Shown piece by piece: positions 29,090 to 35,690 of a DNA stretch of 64,000 nucleotides (position 1 is its first letter; the number at the start of each line of letters is the position of its first letter). The notes under the pieces are model-generated. The model was not told the origin of the DNA. It was given only the letters and a program-made list of their open reading frames with translations, and did not search any database. Both the position numbers and the translations under genes were made by a program. The stretch is from a bacterium (GTDB taxonomy: Bacteria; Patescibacteriota; Microgenomatia; UBA8517), in the NCBI GenBank assembly GCA_030583725.1, contig CP129472.1, positions 465,902 to 529,901 on the forward strand, in the 5' to 3' direction.

Positions 29090-30796
29090 TTAGGGAGTTA
29101 CTTCATCTGTCATTGCAGTTGAATATTTTTGACCCAAAACCATTCTGCGAAACAGGTTGATAAAAATATCCAGCTCTTTAGACTTCAAAATTTTTAAAGT
29201 TAGGATATAAACAATGGTACCAATTAGTCCTACTATTATGGTTAATATAAGTAAGTTAACTGCGTACCTAGTGTCTAATACAAACCGGTCAAAAGGAAGG
29301 TCAAGGTTCGTTATGAAAGACAACTTCTTAATCCAAACAGACTTATCAAAAAACTTCAAAATAAAATACATTGTAGAACCTGAAACTAACCCACCTATAA
29401 TTGATTTTAAAATTGGCAAATAGAGGGCTGTGTTTAAACCATTGTGAATTCGTCTAGTAATTAAAATGAAGAGAATAACAGATTGAATAATCATAGAAAT
29501 TGAAAAGGCTAAAGCCAAACTCCAAACAGGTAGTTTATAAACTATAACTAGGATGTAATTTAGTAAGATATTAAACAATAAAGTTACGACTGAGACCTTA
29601 ACTGGTGTTCTTGTATCACTCAATGCATAAAAACTTCTGGCCAAGATTGAATTGGCCGCTTGGGAAAAAATGCCAATTGCAAATGCAGAAACCACCAACG
29701 AAGTTTGAACTGTAGCATCCCAAGTAAAAATATCTGTTCCAAAAATCAATCGAACAACAGGAATTCTAGCAACAACCAAAAAAGCAACTATGGGCATCAT
29801 CAAAAACACCACTTGATTTAAAGTTTGATACAGAGTCTTTTTAAAAGCTGGGATGTCATCGGCCTGAGCTGAAAGGGTTGGGAGCGCCGCTTTGGCAATA
29901 GATGTACCAAATAGGCCCACAGGGAGAAGTTGGATTGAATTACCAAATGTAAAATACGTATAAGCAGGGACTGATATTAGAGATGCAAACGTAAGCTCAA
30001 CAAATTTAGCAACCTGCAAAAAAGAGACTTCAATAATTCTCGGTAGTGAAAGTCTGGCAATTTTTTTAACATCGTTTGTGATCTTTAAGCTTCTGCTGAA
30101 CCTAAATCCTAACTTATAGGCAAGTGGTAATTGAATTGAAAAATGCAAAATTGATCCCAAAACTACACCGATTGCTGGTGCATATAGACCATATTTATTT
30201 GAAAAAACCACAGTTGCTATAATTATTCCAAGATTGTAAAAAAGTGGCGCTAAGGCAGGTACAAAAAAACGTTTTGATGATTCTAAAACAGCAGTCAAGA
30301 CATAGGAGATAACAAAAAATCCCTGTGCTATAAATAAAATTCGCGCAAAGTTGGCAATTAAATTTTGGTCATCTGGACTAAAACCTGGAGTTAGCCATTT
30401 ATAAATTAAGGGAGCGAATATAACAACTATCGATGCAAGAGTCAAAAAGATAAGTCCTCCCCAATTAGCAACAACACCGGCAACTCTCCAAGCTCTACTT
30501 TTTGATATTTTTAATGTTTTTGTAAAAACTGGTATAAAAGCTGAAGCAAATGTGCCAAAAACCAAAACTTCAAATATTGTGTCTGGCAACCTAAAAGCTG
30601 CAAAGAACAAGCTCAAGTCTTGAGGCATAAAATAATGAGCCAACACTCTTTGGCGAACCAACCCCAAGAGTCTTGAAACAACAATCATTATCATGATTAA
30701 TGTTGCAGCAGATAAAACAGAGTTCTGTTGCTCAGTAAGCAATGATTTGAATTTATTGAAAAAGGATTTTAATTTTGTTGGGATTGTTAATTTCAT
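29090..30796 (-). CDS. murJ: lipid II flippase MurJ (MviN)
   Basis: 568 aa and polytopic. The N-terminus SRLLGLVRQRVLAHYFMPQDLSLFFAAFRLPDTIFEV is the MurJ signature. Confidence 0.85.
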   Translation of the reverse strand: MKLTIPTKLKSFFNKFKSLLTEQQNSVLSAATLIMIMIVVSRLLGLVRQRVLAHYFMPQDLSLFFAAFRLPDTIFEVLVFGTFASAFIPVFTKTLKISKSRAWRVAGVVANWGGLIFLTLASIVVIFAPLIYKWLTPGFSPDDQNLIANFARILFIAQGFFVISYVLTAVLESSKRFFVPALAPLFYNLGIIIATVVFSNKYGLYAPAIGVVLGSILHFSIQLPLAYKLGFRFSRSLKITNDVKKIARLSLPRIIEVSFLQVAKFVELTFASLISVPAYTYFTFGNSIQLLPVGLFGTSIAKAALPTLSAQADDIPAFKKTLYQTLNQVVFLMMPIVAFLVVARIPVVRLIFGTDIFTWDATVQTSLVVSAFAIGIFSQAANSILARSFYALSDTRTPVKVSVVTLLFNILLNYILVIVYKLPVWSLALAFSISMIIQSVILFILITRRIHNGLNTALYLPILKSIIGGLVSGSTMYFILKFFDKSVWIKKLSFITNLDLPFDRFVLDTRYAVNLLILTIIVGLIGTIVYILTLKILKSKELDIFINLFRRMVLGQKYSTAMTDEVTP

Positions 30797-30821
30797 TTTT
30801 TTTGATTATACTACCCACATG
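30785..30821. promoter_or_regulatory. back-to-back divergent promoters for murJ and rpsT in a 22-bp intergenic gap
   Basis: Plus strand: TTGTTA (30785-30790), a 16-nt spacer, TATACT (30807-30812), then the rpsT ATG at 30819. Minus strand: TATAAT lies 8 nt before the murJ ATG. Confidence 0.4.
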
Positions 30822-31085
30822 CCAGTAACAAAAACAGCCAAAAGAGCTTTGAGGGGTTCAAAGAGGAAAGAAATTGTTAATAAAATTACACTTTCTGGAC
30901 TTGAAATTGCTGTAAAAAAAGCAAAAAAGTCAAAGGATTTAAAGTCAATTCAGAAAGCTACTTCACTTACAGACCGAGCAGCAAAAGAAAACACCATTCA
31001 CAAAAATAAAGCTGGTCGAATTAAGTCACAACTTGCTAAGTTGATGCCAGCAAAACTTCAAACTCTTTCAAAAAAGAACAAATAA
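30819..31085 (+). CDS. rpsT: 30S ribosomal protein S20
   Basis: MPVTKTAKRALRGSKRKEIVNKI... is an S20-type basic N-terminus. Length is 88 aa counted from the internal Met of the track ORF. Confidence 0.8.
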   Translation: MPVTKTAKRALRGSKRKEIVNKITLSGLEIAVKKAKKSKDLKSIQKATSLTDRAAKENTIHKNKAGRIKSQLAKLMPAKLQTLSKKNK

Positions 31086-31100
31086 TGCTAAATTGGGTAT

Positions 31101-31664
31101 ATGCCCATTAATAAGTCCAAAATAATTAATTTACTTCCTAATGATGATTTTCAGAGTACTACTTTTGGTAGGATACTAAAATGGGCGCTGTCCTCGTTCC
31201 GATTTATGGTTATCGTCACTGAACTAATAGTGATGTCTGCATTTTTATCTAGATTTTGGCTAGACGCCAGAAACTCAGACCTGAATGAAGAACTAAATGT
31301 GAGCATGGCTCAAGTCAACGCATACCAAGATGTGGAGCAAGAATTTAGGCTTTATCAAAACCAGCTTCAGGTTGCAAATACTCTATATTTGGATGGAAAA
31401 AACAGTGAATTAATTCAAAAAATTACAAACGTACTTCCAAACGACTTAATTGTTTCATCTATACAACTAACTGGTGAGGACCTCCAAATTAAAGCGGTTT
31501 CTTTTTCAGAACAAGCTGTTGCCCAGTTTTTAGTAAATCTTGAGGGTCTTGAAATATTTGATAAGGTTGAATTATCTCAAGTGGCCTCGAGTATCGAAAA
31601 CAGCTTTGTCACCACGTTCACTATTAGTGCAAAGTACAAACAAAAAACAGGAGGGTTAAACTAA
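31101..31664 (+). CDS. pilN: type IV pilus assembly protein PilN-like
   Basis: The N-terminus INLLP is the PilN hallmark. A single transmembrane segment and a coiled-coil periplasmic domain follow. Confidence 0.65.
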   Translation: MPINKSKIINLLPNDDFQSTTFGRILKWALSSFRFMVIVTELIVMSAFLSRFWLDARNSDLNEELNVSMAQVNAYQDVEQEFRLYQNQLQVANTLYLDGKNSELIQKITNVLPNDLIVSSIQLTGEDLQIKAVSFSEQAVAQFLVNLEGLEIFDKVELSQVASSIENSFVTTFTISAKYKQKTGGLN

Positions 31665-31665
31665 T

Positions 31666-32331
31666 ATGGCACAAGGATGGAGGAGAGACTACTCAAGATA
31701 TAAGGGATTCTTTTTAAATATACTAAATATTTATAAATCCAAACCAACATTGATAGTATATTTGGAAATTATTCTGTCTTTAACAACAATTATAGTGTTT
31801 TCTATCTTTGCCATTAAACCTACGGTTTTGACCATAATTGAACTTAATAACGAAATAGGAAACAAAGAAAGTGTAATTGTCTCTCTAAACCAGAAGATTG
31901 GAAACCTAAAAACAGCATCTTTAGTTTTACAAAACCAGTCCTCAAGATTAAATTTAATTGATCAAGCCGTGCCAAAATCTGCAAACCTTGAAACAGTAAT
32001 TGATCAGGTGGAGAAATTGGCAGCTACCCATCAGGTAGGAATATTAAATATTGCTTCAACAGACTTGTTTCTCTCGGGTGCATCAAGCAAAAAGGCAAAG
32101 GCAGGAGATTTAAAAGCTTTACCTGGTGAAGTGAATGAGCTTAATTTAACAATTTCGGTGACAGGTAGCTATCAAGACCTTTTAAACTTTTTGAAATCTA
32201 TAGAAAACTTAAGACGTCCTATAAAAATAGATACCTTTGTCATCAATGCAACTAACTCATCTGATAGTACTAGGGTTATTGTATTGACACTTACAGGTAG
32301 ATTGCCATTTATCAATCAATCTAAAATATAA
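31666..32331 (+). CDS. pilO: PilO-like pilus assembly protein
   Basis: Bitopic protein with a coiled coil directly after pilN (2-nt gap). The PilO assignment rests on architecture and position. Confidence 0.5.
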   Translation: MAQGWRRDYSRYKGFFLNILNIYKSKPTLIVYLEIILSLTTIIVFSIFAIKPTVLTIIELNNEIGNKESVIVSLNQKIGNLKTASLVLQNQSSRLNLIDQAVPKSANLETVIDQVEKLAATHQVGILNIASTDLFLSGASSKKAKAGDLKALPGEVNELNLTISVTGSYQDLLNFLKSIENLRRPIKIDTFVINATNSSDSTRVIVLTLTGRLPFINQSKI

Positions 32332-32333
32332 AA

Positions 32334-32537
32334 ATGCAAAAAAGTAAATTACCAAGTCTAGTTATATTATTAATACTGACACTAATTACAGTTGTGTTCT
32401 GGATTGTGTTTACTGTTTATAGAACATACATCACAGATGACACCAATGTGAATGTTCCAAGAGAGGTACTACTCCCACTTTCACCAACCCTTAACGAAAG
32501 TACTATTGAAGTTTTGGAATCTAAAATATACCCTTAA
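32334..32537 (+). CDS. small membrane protein with KLPS N-terminal motif
   Basis: 67 aa with an N-terminal hydrophobic helix. The N-terminus MQKSKLPSLVILL resembles that of the next gene (MIKKYKLPTIIGIVVL). Confidence 0.35.
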   Translation: MQKSKLPSLVILLILTLITVVFWIVFTVYRTYITDDTNVNVPREVLLPLSPTLNESTIEVLESKIYP

Positions 32538-32542
32538 AAAGA

Positions 32543-33871
32543 ATGATTAAAAAGTATAAATTACCCACCATAATTGGCATTGTGGTTTTGATTTTTGGAA
32601 TTATTGCTGGAGTTTTTCTAATAAACTCAAGGCAAGTTTTTAAGTTAGGCGCAAACATAGATGCCATTCCTAAAAATGTTAGGTTTACAAACATAACTAA
32701 CTCAAGCTTCACTGTAACTTGGACTACAGATATTGAAAGCACTGGGTTTGTCAAATGGGGAACCAGTGAGCTAACTCTTAGTAAAGTGGCACTTGGCGAA
32801 GGAATTGGAAAAAACTTTGTCCACTCTGCCACAATAATGGGTATAAACCCAAACACAAAAATTTATTTAAAAATAAATTCTAACAGCAATGACTATGACA
32901 ATAATGGTATTCCTTGGCAAGAAACAACAGAAAATATTGTAACAACCTCAGACCAAAATTTAATTGCTTCAGGAAATATTTTAAAACCAGATGCATCAAC
33001 ACCCGCGGTTTCAATTGTTTATTTAACAATTAATGGAATCGTGCTTTCTGCTATTTCATCACAAGGAGGATCATATGTAATACCAATATCAACCTACATA
33101 TCAAACCTACCAGATACCACCCCCATTGAAATATCTGTTCAGGGTGGTCAAAACTCGCTAGCCCAAGCTGTAATTTACCCCAAATATATTAAATCTGTCC
33201 CAACCATTGTACTAGGAAGAACATATGATTTTAGAACTTTGCAAGAGGATATGTCAGGAAACTTACCAGAAAGTAATCTGACCGTTCCTGAGTCTGTAGA
33301 AGTTTCATCAAGATTTGAAGTTACAAAGTCAGAAACTACAAAAACTGTTGATAATGTCCTAGTTGAATCAATTGAAGAAGGGGAAATTATAACAACAGTT
33401 AATCCAGAATTCTTTGGTTCTGGACCAAAAAACACAGAAATTGAAGTAATCGTTGAATCAGAAATGCAATCACAAACAATTACCGTTTCTTCAAATGGAA
33501 GTTGGAAGTGGAGTCCTCCAAATGACCTAGCACCTGGAGAACATAAACTCACTGTTAAATGGAGAGACGCTTCTGGAATTTTAAGAACTATCACAAGAAC
33601 TTTTGTAGTTAGTGCAGCAGAAGGGCCTGCTTTTGAAGCAACACCATCGGCATCCTTAAGTCCTAGTCCAACATCTACAGCTATTGCTACAACTGTTGCA
33701 TCACCTACTGCCAGCTCATCATCAACGCCAATTTCAGCAACACCCACAGCAACACTTCCACCAACACCAGAAACTGGAAGCTTGACAGCTACCATTGGCT
33801 TATTCATAATGGGTATAGGAATACTTTTGTCATCTATTTTTATTTGGAACAAACAATATGCCCAAGGATAA
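32543..33871 (+). CDS. cell-surface protein: N-terminal signal/anchor, FN3-like domain, S/T/P-rich stalk, C-terminal PETG plus transmembrane sorting signal
   Basis: FTVTWTTD, a fibronectin-III-like strand. The C-terminus is ...SPSPTSTAIATTVASPTASSSSTPISATPTATLPPTPETGSLTATIGLFIMGIGILLSSIFIWNKQYAQG: a motif, a hydrophobic helix and a short basic tail. Confidence 0.6.
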   Translation: MIKKYKLPTIIGIVVLIFGIIAGVFLINSRQVFKLGANIDAIPKNVRFTNITNSSFTVTWTTDIESTGFVKWGTSELTLSKVALGEGIGKNFVHSATIMGINPNTKIYLKINSNSNDYDNNGIPWQETTENIVTTSDQNLIASGNILKPDASTPAVSIVYLTINGIVLSAISSQGGSYVIPISTYISNLPDTTPIEISVQGGQNSLAQAVIYPKYIKSVPTIVLGRTYDFRTLQEDMSGNLPESNLTVPESVEVSSRFEVTKSETTKTVDNVLVESIEEGEIITTVNPEFFGSGPKNTEIEVIVESEMQSQTITVSSNGSWKWSPPNDLAPGEHKLTVKWRDASGILRTITRTFVVSAAEGPAFEATPSASLSPSPTSTAIATTVASPTASSSSTPISATPTATLPPTPETGSLTATIGLFIMGIGILLSSIFIWNKQYAQG

Positions 33872-35039
33872 TAATCAAACTCAAAATCCACAGAATAATA
33901 CTGTACCAGTAGCTGATGATATGCCACCAGTAATGATTGAGGATACTTCCCCACCAATGGTTGATACAATTGGACAACCACCGATAAACAACACACCAAC
34001 ACCAACTGCATCTCCTACTACTGACACAGGTTCAGCAGCACCTAGTGATGATATTGTAATGCCATCAGTAGTAACCTCAGGACCAAATGCAAAAGGACCC
34101 TCTAAAAAATTTGGTGGGGGGAAAGTAATTGCAACAATTCTTGGTTTATTCCTCTTAATTGGGGGGGTTGGGGCAGGAACATATCTAGTCCAACAAAATC
34201 AAGATATTAGGGAAAAAGCGTCTTTAGAGTCTGAATATGAAGAGTGTAGAAGAGAAAGTGGAACCCAAGTGTGTAATTGTCGTGTCTACGGAAATTGTAC
34301 CAGACCAGATGCGCACACCGACCCACAAACACCATGGGTAACCGCACCACCTAGTGGGGGCAACACTGAATCCACTTGTCAGTCAAATGGTGGGTATTGG
34401 TGTGATGAAGTTAGTGAATATCCATCGAACAATCTAATACCTGGGTTTTGTAATACATCAGGCCAAACTTGTGGTAATGTTGCTGCCAGTTTAGGTTACA
34501 CAATTAGGATAGGTGAAGGTATGCCTGGCACGTATACTGGAGGATGGTACTGTAGAGTCGGAGTAAATGGATATACTGGAGGACCATGTTTGCAATCCAA
34601 TTCGGTTCCTGGATCATCTCCATACTCACAACCTCCAAATTGTTTCTGTGGAACCATACAGATTGATGGTGGTAATTATGACGGAACATATGTTAGTTCT
34701 TGTGGCTGTGACGACGATAGCGAACCACCAGCAACAACACCTTCAATAACTGCCAAATGCCAAGATGTAAAAGCATATGATGAAAAATGGGCACCATTAA
34801 CATCTGCGCAATTGTCTCAATTAAAAACTGGTGACGATGTTAACTTCTGTGTAACAGGATCTGCAAGTTCTGGATCATTTAATAAAGCTAGATTTACAAT
34901 TAACACTGTTCAACAAGCAGAAACAACAACAATTAGACCAACAAGCCCTGACTATTGCCAAAGTTACACAATTCCTGCTGGAGTTACAACCTTTAATGTG
35001 ACAGCTCAAATAAACCATACGTCATTGGGTTGGAAATAA
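33858..35039 (+). CDS. cysteine-rich extracytoplasmic protein with Pro/Thr-rich N-terminal region and single transmembrane segment
   Basis: 393 aa. The first 90 aa are P/T/N-rich, followed by a transmembrane segment (VIATILGLFLLIGGVGAGTYLV). About 19 Cys are spread over the ectodomain (CNCRVYGNC, CQSNGGYWC, CFCG, CGCDDD...). Confidence 0.55.
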   Translation: MPKDNNQTQNPQNNTVPVADDMPPVMIEDTSPPMVDTIGQPPINNTPTPTASPTTDTGSAAPSDDIVMPSVVTSGPNAKGPSKKFGGGKVIATILGLFLLIGGVGAGTYLVQQNQDIREKASLESEYEECRRESGTQVCNCRVYGNCTRPDAHTDPQTPWVTAPPSGGNTESTCQSNGGYWCDEVSEYPSNNLIPGFCNTSGQTCGNVAASLGYTIRIGEGMPGTYTGGWYCRVGVNGYTGGPCLQSNSVPGSSPYSQPPNCFCGTIQIDGGNYDGTYVSSCGCDDDSEPPATTPSITAKCQDVKAYDEKWAPLTSAQLSQLKTGDDVNFCVTGSASSGSFNKARFTINTVQQAETTTIRPTSPDYCQSYTIPAGVTTFNVTAQINHTSLGWK

Positions 35040-35052
35040 TAGTGATAAATAT

Positions 35053-35643
35053 ATGAAAAATAAATTTACAATGATAGGGATAGTCTTAACAACATTAATC
35101 TTAGCTGGTGTTGCCATATTTACAGCACTTAGACTATATGAAACAAGAGACACAGCTGTTGCACCAAACGTACCATCAAGTAGACCTGCTGCTCAAGTTC
35201 AGCCAACTGAGCAAGCATCAAGTTGTAATTTAAGTTTTACTATCCAAACGTCAACGGCTACACCTACAGCCACTGGGTCAGCAACACCAACTGCAACAGG
35301 ATCAGCAACTCCTACGGCTACTGCAACAGCAACTTCCACAGCAACCGCTACTGCTACAGCTTCACCTGTTCCACTATGTAATAGTAGTTGTACATCAAAC
35401 ACTCAGTGTCCAAGTGGCTTGATGTGTTACATCCCAAGTGGAGCAACAGCTGGAAATTGTAGAAACACTCAATGTCTATCATCAACCAACTGTGTTTGTT
35501 CTACAGTTACAGCCTCACCAAGTACTACTGCTACTACATCCTCAGAACCAACACTTCCAGAAGTTGGTACAACATGGCCAACAATACTTGGTACAGCTGT
35601 TGGAATATTAATCTTAATTGGAAGTTTGCTTCTAGCTTTATAA
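35053..35643 (+). CDS. surface protein: signal/anchor, TPTATGSA tandem repeats, Cys-rich module, C-terminal LPEVG plus hydrophobic helix
   Basis: The C-terminus is ...SEPTLPEVGTTWPTILGTAVGILILIGSLLLAL. There are 10 Cys in CxxxC-type spacing. The T/A/P-rich linker repeats. Confidence 0.55.
   Translation: MKNKFTMIGIVLTTLILAGVAIFTALRLYETRDTAVAPNVPSSRPAAQVQPTEQASSCNLSFTIQTSTATPTATGSATPTATGSATPTATATATSTATATATASPVPLCNSSCTSNTQCPSGLMCYIPSGATAGNCRNTQCLSSTNCVCSTVTASPSTTATTSSEPTLPEVGTTWPTILGTAVGILILIGSLLLAL
35256..35366 (+). repeat. in-frame tandem repeats encoding (TPTATGSA)n / TATA-rich linker
   Basis: acacctacagccactgggtcagca and acaccaactgcaacaggatcagca are repeated, followed by gctactgcaacagca variants. 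Confidence 0.5.
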
Positions 35644-35690
35644 CTTCTTGGATTTGTAAGATTCTAGTTCTTAAATTTGTTTCCTTACAA

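Noticed and set aside
33175-34011. 278-aa minus-strand ORF overlapping the FN3 surface protein gene
   Set aside because: It is antisense to the repeat-rich T/S/P coding region. Its translation has Val/Ala runs that mirror the sense repeats, so it is a shadow ORF.
35256-35366. Possible CRISPR-like array suggested by short direct repeats
   Set aside because: The repeats are 24-nt in-frame coding repeats with no spacers and no cas genes. They represent protein linker expansion.
35199-35402. Minus-strand 67-aa ORF composed of VAVAV repeats
   Set aside because: It is the reverse complement of the TATA-repeat linker and therefore not independent.
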